Source: Phoronis australis (Eukaryota > Animalia > Phoronida). From it: a stretch of 64,000 nucleotides of DNA. The stretch is taken from the NCBI GenBank assembly GCA_002633005.1, contig NMRA01000245.1:372001-436000 (forward strand), read 5' to 3'. Position numbers and translations under genes: made by a program. Shown piece by piece: positions 26,201 through 38,216 of this stretch. Every line of letters starts with the position of its first letter. Within the stretch, counting starts at the first letter, position 1. A model generated the notes under the pieces. That model was not told the DNA's origin, searched no databases, and saw only the letters and a program-made list of their open reading frames with translations.

Positions 26201-28338
26201 TTGACCCTCACCTAATGATAAGGTCATCCATATGATTTCAACTGCACAGAAGAATTTTCTTGTGAATGCATAGCGTTATTTAGCCAAGGTTCTCTGATCT
26301 GTCTCCTACATTTGAGACCCCTCTGCATGGCAATTGGAGAGCTCAGAAGAGACATCGTGGACTTACACACAGGTGGTGTTGTATACAACAAGCGTGCATC
26401 AGCATTAGACATGAACATTTGTGCATAAGCCCATCAGTTTCTACAAACTGATGGGCTTATGCAATAGCCCATGAAATGCAGCAACACCAGTTCCACTACC
26501 TGCTATCCTAGAGTGTAATTCAAGTTTCACAACTCACGTAAATTGCTCATGTGGTGAGATCATGACAGTCGTGATCCGTTTTCCCAGGCAGCATTGCACA
26601 AGCTCACCCAGCAACAGGTCAGTACGATTTACTGTGGACTTACAAGTTAGGCGTGTTTGGTTCAGGGATCAGTTTGTATGCGGGATGATGCGGCATTTTG
26701 AGTTGAGCAGTTACAGGGTTTATAATTGGTGATTAAGATAACGAATAAGAAGGAATTACGCGATACCAACCTCGTTTGTGGATGTTTATCCCAGTGGTCG
26801 ACAGCTAAGTGAAACATTGCATTGGCATACTCAGAGAGAACATCTTTATTTTGGATATGGTCGTACCATACCTTGTTGAAGTCACCATCACCTGAGTTTG
26901 AGAAATAAATGTTTTGTCAATTGTGGTTCACAGATACAACAAGCCTTATAATTCAACGTAAAATTCCGTGAATGAAACGGTATAACTTCTTCCACCAGAT
27001 AGCACGATGGGCTCTCCTTGGTATGCCCGAGCTGGTGAGACAACAGCTGACCAACTAAACACAGGAAATTTGAATCAAATACTGTTAGTCGCTGACTTGA
27101 GTAGTGACACTGCCTCCGTCTCTCATGGAATTCAGCTTGGCTAATGATGTTATAAAGCAAGTAAGCAAATTCCAGTATTTGATTTGATTTTTCTGGATTT
27201 TTTTACCTCAACTTAAAGGACTATGTCGCGGCTTAGTGTACCTCATGTGCGGACTATTTAGTTCTTAACTATAGACTTCGTATATCTAGTTTCAGTTCTG
27301 TTTATTATTTCATTTTTGTTTTTCTTTTATTTTTTGGGAGGATGTTTCAATATTGCATAGCTTTATTGATAAGTCAATAGATGGCGTTGCTAGTATCGAA
27401 TTAGCCTCTGTTCCGTTCTGCAATATATGTGTCAACATGTCAGCTAACACGTTTATGTTTTACTCACACTATTCCAGCTAGTCTTGAAACAAGATGTCTC
27501 AAAACTTTCATTCTTTTAGTTAACCTACAACGTAATTTTAGGTTATGTAGGACCCGCCATCGACGTGTTACCACAATATCTGCAAAACTACAGAATTTAA
27601 CTCGGCAAAATTATATATTTTTTAAAGCATAAATTCTATAGCATTTGATTTTTAACTTTATACAAATCTGCCTCATGTGACATTGCTTGTCAACAAAATT
27701 TAGAAAAAAGAAATGTACATTCATAGAAAAACAACAGGATTGATAACATAACAAAATTTTTTATGATATAAATGATCTAGATAAGAAGTCTATAGTATAG
27801 CCTCATACGCCAGAATCGTTTCGGTGAATTATGCCTCACACTGGCAGGCAGTGTAAAAACAGGAGTGCACGCAGTGTAAAAATACCCAATTGCCGATGTG
27901 GGCAACTGAATGAAGGACTGCTCAAAAAATTTTAATTGCAGGAGTATTTGTTCGAGTTTGAAGGATTTAAAGACATCGTCGGCCACCTAAGGTAAGCTTC
28001 TATGTGCAAAAAGTACTGATATCAATGTGAGTTTGATGTTTTAATCAGTGTGCGGCATAATTCTCCAGTATATGAAGCACCGTCCTATAGAGTATAGGAG
28101 CATGATGCATCAACGTCTCTAGTGTAGGTCGAGACGGTGGCACTGTCCAACATCAGCAATAGCCTTCTAGCTTAAAGTCATAAGTTTCATTCTTGATCGT
28201 GATCTTACATTCTTTGAAGTCTCTCCTTAATTTTGCATGCACGCCTTTGACGACGCCAGCCAGTTTCAGATGCTTGTCGCGATTTTCTTTTGCTTGCGGC
28301 GCAACCTTCCCAGACAGATGAGTCATGTCCGCTGTCAT
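20242..28338 (-). CDS. SAMTOR: S-adenosylmethionine sensor upstream of mTORC1 (SAMTOR/BMT2/C7orf60), 546 aa
   Basis: Exons 28338-28209, 26891-26771, 25011-24289, 22181-22067 and 20793-20242 have consistent phases (1641 nt). Motifs [65 protein letters not shown] and LYIPQDF. Confidence 0.93.
22664..24036 (+). mobile_element. Second, near-identical copy of the decayed L1/Tx1 fragment, flanked by 88-bp direct repeats
   Basis: Aligns to 15697-17235 with shared disabling lesions. Direct repeats lie at 22580-22667 and 24033-24120. Confidence 0.9.
25062..25337. mobile_element. Degenerate MITE
   Basis: Imperfect TIRs of about 50 bp containing GACAGAAATTTGGT and ACCAAATTTCTGTC. Confidence 0.6.
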
Positions 28339-28559
28339 CTGCCAACCACTTCTTTTACTAGGCAAACCCTGCCCCTGATAATCTGGAAATAGAGATTTGT
28401 CGCATCAATCAACATGCTAACGCGACAAAAATCGAATTATAAAAATCCACATACTTGACCGAAAACAAAAGTCAAATTACCAGTTTAAAGGAATGGAAAA
28501 CAGGCAGGCAAAGAACGTCTTTGAGTTTACAAACTCAGGGTAGCGTTCAGTAGCTGTCT

Positions 28560-28802
28560 CGTGGCGAGAAAAATTAACCAGAATCACGTGGTCTCATTAA
28601 AAATACACGCCAATATTTCACAAAATCTCGCGAGGTCTTACTTTTCTAGAGAGGTACTGCCGTTACTGAACTCAGACCCGAGAGATGTCTCTCGTGCATT
28701 TCCGCTTCCTGTTTGAAATGTCAGAATTCATTATTCGAAGACGCCTGTAAACTACTAATTAACCGAAGCGTTCGTTTTTCTGCTAATATCATTATGACAG
28801 AG
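28560..28802. promoter_or_regulatory. Bidirectional promoter region shared by SAMTOR (-) and TMEM168 (+)
   Basis: E-box TCACGTG at 28584, CCAAT at 28610, TCTCGCGAG (BANP/ZBTB33-type palindrome) at 28626 and tandem ETS-like TTTCCGCTTCCTG near 28699. Divergent splice donors lie near 28454 (-) and at 28803 (+). Confidence 0.6.
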
Positions 28803-28938
28803 GTAACCGTTTCTTTTCTGGTAGGAGTGAAATTTTGTTTGTACCTGGCCAAACATGATTGATAAATTTTCTTTGAGTTTTGGGCTACTGAATAAACTGT
28901 CATTTGATTTATGACATTTCACTTGTCTGCTACTGCTA

Positions 28939-29838
28939 TAGGCAATGACCATCGCCTCTGTTGGCCCGAAGCAGAGGCGATGTAGAGGCTATAGGCGCTC
29001 TGTACGCCGGAAGCTTTTCGGCGAATTTTGCCTCGCACCGACTAAACCATCAAAGTCACGTTGTTCTAAATACCTTTTGCGCATAGAGGAACACCTTAGG
29101 AGGTTGTCGATGTGTTTAATTCCTTCCAACTCGAACAAATACTCCCGTTATGAAACTTTTTCTTCGAGCAGTCCCTATTTCAGTTCCCAAAATCGTGAAC
29201 TCAACTTTTTCATTTTTTTAACCAGGCCGAAGGTCAGAAGTTGCGGACCTACCGGCGAACTTTGAAAGCTGAAGTTCCCGCCCTTCGCGTACGTGCTGCC
29301 GGGAACCAGCCGTGCATTTGCCGTGTTGTTAAACATTAAAATGTCAAATATGTGCACAAAGACTATTAAATGTCATATCAACAGCATTTATTTTTATCAA
29401 ATACAAACAATGATTCATTGAAATACAATCAGTTTCAAGTAACGCCAATTAAAGACAAGTATAAGTGGTGGCATTTTGGAAACGAACATTTGACTGACAA
29501 GACCGCAATGGCTCACCTTTGGCCTATTTAAAGATTGAGGTCATGAATTGGAGCGTGCGCAGTATAAAAATGGTGAGTTCACGATTTTGGGAACTGAAAT
29601 AGAGACTGCTCGAAGAAAAAGTTTCATAACGGGAGTATTTGTTCGAGTTGGAAGGAATTAAACACATCGGCAACCTCCTAAGGTGTTCCTCTATGCGCAA
29701 AAGGTATTTAGAACAACGTGACTTTGATGGTTTAGTCGGTGCGAGGCAAAATTCGCCGAAAAGCTTCCGGCGTACAGAGCGCCTATAGCCTCTACATCGC
29801 CTCTGCTTCGGGCCAACAGAGGCGATGATCATTGCCTA
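28939..29838. mobile_element. 900-bp non-autonomous DNA transposon with 265-bp TIRs and 9-bp TSD (Academ- or MULE-like)
   Basis: TIRs 28939-29203 and 29574-29838 differ at only a few bases. TSD CTACTGCTA at 28930-28938 and 29839-29847. Termini are TAG...CTA. Confidence 0.9.
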
Positions 29839-30373
29839 CTACTGCTAGTGCTAGACAGTATTATCCACCGTTTCTATTCTAGGTCGTCCCTGAAGAGTTT
29901 CATAAACCGAGAGATTTTCGATGAATTATGCCTCAATTCATTCCAACTTGGCAGTAGAAATGTTAGTACTCCCATGGGCCTTCATGTGCTAGAAGCTTTT
30001 CCACGAATCATGACTCACATTGTCATTCATTAAAGTTAAACTGACTAAGTCGGGCTACAACATCAACAAGTACCTGGCTTTTGGGCATAGACTATAGAGG
30101 GACACCTTAGGAGGCCACCGATGTCTTTAATTCCTTCCAACTTGAACAAATACTCCCCTAATCAAACTTTTTTTGAACAGTCTTCCATTCTATTGCCTAA
30201 ATCGGCAACTGGCCATTTTTGCACTGCTCGCATAAGGCCCCACCAGGGGATTTGATACCATTTGTTTACCCACTTCCTTCCAATACTGTATATGTATACA
30301 GTTTTGTAGCAAGGCAACTGTCTGTGTAACCACCTCTCATAGTGGCCTACCCCATAAAGCAAACGTTCCCGTT

Positions 30374-30864
30374 CAGGCCTTTATCCAGGATTTTGAAAAT
30401 AGGGTGTCCAAAATGGGATTCCCAATATTCCAGGGCGTCCATGATTCCAACGCGTAACCCCCCTCCTCCCGCAATACCCCCAAACACACAGATTTTTTTA
30501 CAAAAATTTGAAAAGATCAAGGTTTTTACATCTAAGTTTATAAAACAGCCTTCTATGATGAGCAGTTTTACTAAAAAAATGTTTAGACCAAGACTTTTAC
30601 AATGCTGTCAATCAAGTGTCAAAATAGCAACAATGCGTATACTTTGTATATACATTGTATATTTCTTCCTTCTTTGAAAAAAGAGCCCCCACTGTGAGCC
30701 TTCAGAGGCTTCCTAGTATTCATTACAATGTGTGAGTCCAAACTTGAAAGGTTCCTATTGACAGTGAGCGTCCAAATGATACATTGGGCGTCCTTGCCAG
30801 GGCATCCAGATTAGTGCTAGGGCATCCATTTGGATGCCCAGGACATACGATGCATAAAGGTCTG
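30374..30864. mobile_element. hAT-type MITE (491 bp)
   Basis: TIRs CAGGCCTTTATCC and GCATAAAGGTCTG, with 8-bp TSD TTCCCGTT at 30366-30373 and 30865-30872. Confidence 0.8.
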
Positions 30865-31067
30865 TTCCCGTTTGACCTCGAAAAATTGAATGTAATTGAG
30901 GTCAGTCGTCAGTTTTGTGAGAAATGTGAACAATATCAATGGTCAGATGTTCATTAACACAGTATTGTTTTTCTTAAACAGGCTTTTCATGGAGATTGCA
31001 ATTTCTATGTCTTTGTTATATTAGCAAAAAAGCATGTTTGGGATTTTCTTTTAAGGTTATGTAGGAC

Positions 31068-31373
31068 CAGCGTTCGAAATACACGCTGGCCCGTGGCCCG
31101 GGGCCAGTGGATTTGCGCCCGGGCCAGTAAACTTTCACATATCAGGGGCGGATCCAGGATTTTGAGTTAGGGGGACCAGGACAGAGTATTAGCCAGGATT
31201 TTTCACCTGCGAGCTGCCAAATGGAATATGGGAGAATTTCAAGGGGGACCATGGCCCCCTTGCCCCCACCCCCTAAATCCTCCACTGCATATAGGCCCTA
31301 TTTGGATGTGATCTCATATTCAGGTAACTGGACTGACGGGCCAGCACGTTTATTTGCTGAAACTCGAACACTT
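31068..31373. mobile_element. hAT-type MITE containing a smaller nested MITE (31143-31288)
   Basis: 8-bp TSD TGTAGGAC at 31060-31067 and 31374-31381. Ends are CAGCGTTCGA and TCGAACACTT. The inner element runs CAGGGGCGGAT...ATCCTCCACTG. Confidence 0.75.
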
Positions 31374-32036
31374 TGTAGGACCCTAGGGATTTATCCAAAT
31401 TTGGCTAAGTATGCTTATATATATCTTGAAATTGTCTGATCATATTCATGGGAAACCTTCAGATAGTATGTGCTTGTTGCACTGTTCTCTAAAATTCTTT
31501 GAGGAATTGTTTATAAAATGTTCCGTATTTGGAATGGGACTTTTATGATTTTTATAAAAAATTGCATAAAGTAAAATGAAATGATCATTTAGAAATCTGT
31601 AACAGGGTTGAGATTTTATCTTGGGTGTTTATGTCAAACAAAGTGTGGTTAATTGATATCGTTGTTTAGCTACGGACGTGCCTGTCTTTTTTGCCTATTG
31701 TTTCTAAAAGACATGGTCGCGTGACCCAAGTGGTTACGAATTTCAATCAAAAATCTAAAAATCAAATTTCACATGCTTTCTACTTTCTGGAAATATTATA
31801 CTAGTGCTTTTACTGAGTTAAATTCTGTTGTTTTGTAGATATTTGGATGAATGCCAAGAAAATTCCATACGAACTTTTGGTAATAGAATAATGAAACAGG
31901 ATTTTCGAGTTTCATATGAAAAAAATCATCTGTGCATTATTTTCATCCACTTAAATAGATTCTGTGATTGTCAAAGATTTTAAGAATATATGTATTTTGA
32001 AGGTTCTGCTAACTTAAAAGCTTATTTAAGAGAATT

Positions 32037-32120
32037 GATCCTTTGTTGTATCCTATATAGACCTACAAAAAGCAAGATGATCCTTTGTTGTATCCTATCT
32101 AGACCTGCATAAAGCAAGAT
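32037..32120. repeat. 42-bp tandem duplication
   Basis: GATCCTTTGTTGTATCCTAT..AAAGCAAGAT occurs twice. Confidence 0.9.
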
Positions 32121-32653
32121 GCATTTCAAGCATGATAAATCCAGGTTTTGTATTTATGAGCGGCTGTAATGAAACTGCTATAAGTGTTGAAGGACCACTC
32201 ATCATTCCTTTTTTTAAGATAGGTTCTAACTAAAATTTTGTCATAGTTTATTTTAAGTTAATGTGTTAAAATTATTATTTCCATTAAGTCATGAATTTGA
32301 AAGTAAATACATTCTTTCATTCTTGCAGTCTCACTGATATTGTTTGCCGTAAAATCTCACTAATTTTGGACAAAAGTAATTGTCAAAATTTTTTTTTTTA
32401 ATTTCAAAAGCTTCATTTCAAATGCCCACAATTTCTTAAAACATTGTGTTATAGTAGCTCTGATATGGAACTTAAAAGTGTCATAAGCATTTATTCAGCA
32501 CTACTTATCTAAATTACGAAAAAAGAAGTAAAATTTCACTTGTTTGTCATATTGTGTCCCAACTGTATATCCATTTTTTCCAGAACCCCTAGTGTTAAAA
32601 ACCACCTGACTGAAGACAGATGCCAATGCCAAAGAATTTAAAAGACACGCACA

Positions 32654-35371
32654 ATGACGAAGACGGCGAAACTGGAAAAAGTTGCTTTACTGCTAAACTA
32701 CCTTTCCACCTTCATTTTATTGATCGCGCTGTCCATTGGCTTGTTCGTAAGATGGTCTCATGGTCATTCAGACGCCACTGTGATTCTGGCTTTGGCCTTT
32801 CTGTCTCTGTTTGTAATGGCAATTTGCCTTGCTATGAGATATTACTTCTCTATTGTTGGTGTTAGCCGAGTCCTCTCCCACATCTGGGTTGGCTGTCTTA
32901 TTGGGGTTGTCGCTTTCACAGAGAACCCAGACCACCGGAGCGAAACTGTTGTTCAAATTATGGATGCATTGTTTTTGACCAGTTTTGCCCTGAAGACGTG
33001 TTGGCATATTGTTCAGAGACTATTAAAATTGCTCGTCCACAAGCCCATTCTACTCAGCTTGTCGGAAACTTTTGAACTTTTGGGAATCGCTATTCCAACA
33101 CTAGTGAGTGGGAATGAGTCCACTTGTTTAGCGTTTTTGATCCTCTCCTTGTCAATACTCACTGTTTCTATTCGCTTCAAGTCAGCCATGGGTGTTCTAT
33201 GCTTGGCCTTATTCACGTCTGCCACTGTCTTCCATGTTTTTCCCAAACTTGGCTTAAACGTCAACATGTTCTGTTTGGCTTCGTTCATTGGACGTGTCAC
33301 CATCGAAGCATTACTTGATCTTTTCTTTTCACCCCTCTCAATATTGCAACACTGGCAAGTTGTTCTGCGACTACCCCAGTGCTCAAAGCGCTTGATCATC
33401 ATAGTCATTTTGTGCCTGGAGGTGGCGTTCTGTTCTCTCACTGCCTATCTCATGCCTAGGCATAAAGAGTGGGTAATTGTTGTGCCAATATTCACGGCGT
33501 TCGCCATTCTCTGGCTGTGTTTCCATACCATGTTCACCATTAGCCTATGGAAGCTAATGAACAGAATCAGTGACAGCTATGTCACATTTAACAATCTGAG
33601 TGCAGAGAATCGAAGTATCAACAGCATCATGGCATCAAAAGGAATTCGCCATTTCTCACTTGTTGTGGATCGGTTAGTGTTGCTGACACTTGTTTCAACA
33701 GCTGTGCTGTTGGCCATTGGCTGGACTACGAAGCAGCCGTGTAATATTGGCTTGTTCACTGTTGTGTTTCCACTTGAGTGCATGGTGTATAGTTTTGTGT
33801 TGGAGATGGGGTCGTGTCTAGGAGGAACATGTACTGGATATGCTCTTGTCATACCTGTGTCCCCGTACAGGTGAGAAACAGCTTGTATTGTAAAGAAGGG
33901 CATATGCTGGTGCAGCATTGTCTTCATGGGTCTAATTGCTGTTGTTACTTCGGGGGCGAATCCAAGATTTTTTAAAAAGGGGGTCTGCTCAAGGATTTTT
34001 AAGTGGAGCCCAAATCAGTAATTTTAAAATTCTAGAATTTGTCATTTGCTAAAATCATGGAAAAAAGGGGTTTGACCCCCTTGACCCCACTGGATCCGCC
34101 TGGGTCCGGGTGCCTCAACTGATGGCTGTTTAACTTCTTGCAAAATCAGTAATCAAAAGTTGCCGCACCATCATGTACGTTATTTCATCAGTGTAGACAT
34201 ACGGTGAAGCCACCACCTTGGCATTTTGGAAAATGTTTTGGCATTATTATATTGAAAGTTCTCACTGTGTTGTTTCCTGGTATGTGATTAGGTAGTTAAG
34301 CATTACTAATACTTAATGAATCTAAATGTTCTGTTCTTGCTGTTGTCAACCACATTTTGGTGTACAGTGAGTGGTAGGCTCTGCATGTGTTGATTACAAA
34401 TGTTGCTGAGGGCAATCTGGCCATCTTGGCAGATTAATTTGGTGTACAGTGGTAGGCTCTGCATGTGTTGATTACAAATGTTACGGAGGGCAATCTGGCC
34501 ATCTTGGCAGATTAATTTCAATAGAAGGCATTATCAGTCTGCGTTGTTTTTCAGGACCAACGAAAATGTGACTCTGTTGCCAATGAACAAAGTGGAAGAA
34601 ATCAGCAGTCAATCTACACAGCTGATACACGCTATTCAGAGATTCTTCAATCATCTTCTTATTGACAATTTTGGCTGTGATTACTGTTCCAGCGGTATGT
34701 CTGTCGAGTCTCTTGATGCCAAGCTAAGAGCCTTCTTCAGCCGCCGAACAAGTGATGGTCCACGCTTCGATACTTATGTTGTCTACTATAGTGGAGGTGT
34801 GCACGATAGTGGTGACTGGGCACTTGCCAATAACGACACACTAACCCTGCATACATTAATGGAGTTGTGGTCGGAATGTAATGCAGGTTCTGGGGCCAGA
34901 CTGATACTTATCTTGGAGACAAAGCAGTCCACACCCTGGATAAAGCAAATCAAATCAGAGTGTGGTGACAATTTTGTAGCCATTCAAACTTTACAAAAGA
35001 AAAAATCCAAAGATTTGGAAGCTGGTCAGGACTACGTCATTGGTGAATTCACTAAAGTGTTCCTTCAGGCAAACATTGAGGATGAGAAGTTGGACGGGAA
35101 GGACTTTAATTTCCAACTAGTGTACAAAACGTCGAGATATTGGACAGATTTTGCGTTCCACTTGCCTACCCCAGAGGACATGCTGGAGTATTGGGAGGTC
35201 AACTTCCCTCGCTTCACCAAGCCCCTTATGGTGTTAGTCACATGTGGCAGGAACTTAGACTTGTTTTGTTGCAGCATGTGTCTTATCAAGTGTTTGCGAC
35301 GTAAAAAGCATCGTTGGTTTCCTCCTAGTGAGCAGAATACTGGACATGGCTTTAAACTCATTAGTTTTTGA
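32654..35371 (+). CDS. TMEM168: Transmembrane protein 168, 677 aa
   Basis: Exons 32654-33870 and 34555-35371 (phase 2, 2034 nt). Motifs GLFVRW, IMASKGIRHFSL, LGGTCTGYALVIP, FGCDYCSSG, RTSDGPRFDTYVVYYSG and WFPP..TGHGFKL. Confidence 0.95.
33951..34102. mobile_element. Short MITE, same family as 31143-31288
   Basis: GGGGCGAATCCA...TGGATCCGCC terminal inverted repeats. Confidence 0.6.
34359..34518. repeat. About 80-bp tandem duplication in the TMEM168 intron
   Basis: GGTGTACAGTG..GGCAGATTAATTT occurs twice. Confidence 0.9.
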
Positions 35372-38216
35372 TTTTAATATTAAGAAATTGTTAGTGCCAA
35401 GTGCTTTTGTCTTATCGGCTGTCGTGCTTCCTTTTACAATGTTGCCATAATGCGGATTGATTTTTAATCTTGCCAAATCTTTGAAATATGATCTCGATGC
35501 TGAAAAATATTCTGTCACCTCAATGTGTTCAGTATGTATTGACAATTGAACATCATTCTACTTAAATACCTGACTAAATGCTGGTCTATAATTGACAAAC
35601 TAAATTTGAATAACATTACAACGTACCAGGAGTCTATTGGCTTTTGTCTTTTGCTAATTGGCTACTTTTGTTAGCCAGTATAAAATTTCTTAAGTTATTT
35701 TTAGGTATCAATAAATCCATAAACTTGCATATTTTTTAAAATCTGATCATCACAGAAACTTTTTATGTTTATAAAAAGCAATGCCCAGGTTAAAAATAAC
35801 ACAACTATTTTCTAGTTATTTGCTTGGGGATTAATGTATTTTCTGCCAATTCCCATTCTTTATTCTATTAAGTCCAAAAGCATGTCTAGGATGTTCTTAA
35901 CTCCAATTAGACCAAGAGTTCAGCTGTCAAAAATCAAGACTTATACAATACTTTTTCTCAAGGAATGCCGATTTCTACATTTTTGACACTTCTCAGGCTG
36001 AAAGCTTCAAAAATAAAACTGCAGACCAGTTTTGGTAGCTAAGAGAATGGAGTCGCCATATTTGCAAGTTTCGTGCAAAAAACAACCACACTGTGGTGTC
36101 GCATATTAGCACCTGGGTGCAAATTTTTGCAAGACCTTTTTGACCTGGTACTTATTCCAAACCCGTGCCGGGGTTTAAAACCTGTTGCCTATTCAACAAG
36201 GCAAGTTTTGCAGGTGTGGCACAAACTTACTGTTGACTTTTGTTACCAACTGTATGGTATGTTTGATAAGTTTTTATAAATAAACATAGTTTTGAGCAGT
36301 GTTCGTTTCACTTGACAACCATGTACAGACTAGTGTGGAATTGGCTTCCGCATGTTATCTATGCTTTTACGACTGTTACGTCAGTCATTATTTTTAATGC
36401 TTGCAATGCATCTATTCACGAATTTCCATGCGTTACATTGACTTGCATTCAGTTAACAGTATACCCTAGATTATCTAGTAAAACAGTGAATTACAGTCGT
36501 TCTTTCAGTTAGTCTAGAAATACTGCTCCGGATATTTATTCAAGACCCAGTGCTTACTTAACAACGGTGTTGTTAACTGTCTTTTACCTGGTGCTTATTT
36601 GACACTGGTGTTTGTTAAAGGACCAGCGTCAAGAAATCTCGAGAAATCATTTTCATAAAAATAGTCGCATAATTAGGCGGACCTGGTCGTTATTTTTGCC
36701 CACGTAAGTTCAGTCTTCTGTCTACTAAAAGCCAGAAATGAATTTTGTATGCGCGATTGCTGCTATGTGAAGATATTTTGCAAAATGGACTCTAAGCCAA
36801 AGTTCAATCAGGGCACAAATGCTTGAAACATACTGTAAAAATTAGATACAACCAAGCAGAAACTGTACCAGAGCAAGATGAAATCTTCTCTAAAGAGGAT
36901 AGCACTCAAAATATGACAGTCGCCCCAGAACTTCATCCAGAAATCAGCAAAAATCCCAAGTTATACATGACCAGATACATGATGGATGATACAGCTTAGT
37001 AGCCTTGCTCATTTTTTAAATAAGTTTTCCAGATTGTGCGATTTGATTTTTGACATAATTACAATCTGCCAATGACTGGGTCATGTGACCATCTCTCTAT
37101 AGTACAACTTCATAACCTATAAGTTGTATTTATAAATTACGTATTTCCAGATGAAATCTCAAAAGACAGTAACATTTCTCTACATTATTTGGTTTTAGTT
37201 TTATTCAACTTGATTTCTTTCAAAAAACAACATGAAAATGATATTTTTGATAGCCCCTCTTATAGTCGTGGAACATTTTAAATAAAGCATAGTACTATGG
37301 TATGTTAAAGTTTCATTTGAAGTCATTCCCAAGATATGTTCTACAGTAAGCCAAACGTGGACAGTTGTCTAGGATACAATATAGCCCCATTGTACCTGAA
37401 ACCATCGTCACAACACCAATATTTCCTATCAAAAAGTCAATATAATAATTATCACAATCTCTGTGACCTGGAATTAACCAGCATTTGGAATTCTGAAGCT
37501 TTATGAGAATCACAAAATCAGTATTTTTGATTGCATTCTCAGCTTTCCAAACAATTTGAATATAACTGTTAAACTGAATAACAATACGATTTTAATCACA
37601 GTTTATTATTTACAAAATAGCACTGACTAGAATTTTACAGCAGGATGAAATTTCACAAGCTGACTTTCATAAATTATTTATGGCACACAAACACATCACT
37701 TAAGATGTTCCAATGTTAAATTGCAAAAGCTAACACTAGCAGCGAATTAGGATTACAAATCCTACACGATTAGACTTCAAGCAGCACCCTCTACGGAAAC
37801 CATTGTTTTTGGGAGAACCCTCTGTTTTGTCAATGCGAGTAATAAAGTGAGAGATAAAAGAATGGACCAGATGATGAGCATTGCGTGTTTCCACGAAGGA
37901 GATTCATCGCCGGTAACTTGATTGATTCTAGTTTGAAGTTTGCAATTTCGGCTTGACCTAATTAGCGTTGATTGATTCTTTTAGTCACTTATGCTTCCGT
38001 CAAAAGCATTGTTGAATCATTGCTTGACAGTTCCAGGCAATTGTCTCAGGCTTGTAGAACATCTGTCAGAAAGACAGAATACTTTGCAGAATAATATGCA
38101 AGTTTCTCTGTGGAATGGATTTTGTCTCTATGTGTTGAACTTCTTGAGTTTAATTTCCTGTTTTGATACATCCGGTGGGGTGCTCCCTTGGTGCTCCCCA
38201 GTCAACCATGGTCTTC

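Noticed and set aside
28945-29832. Two near-identical ORFs of about 105 aa on opposite strands as a gene pair
   Set aside because: They are simply the two TIRs of one element read inward, with no recognisable protein features.
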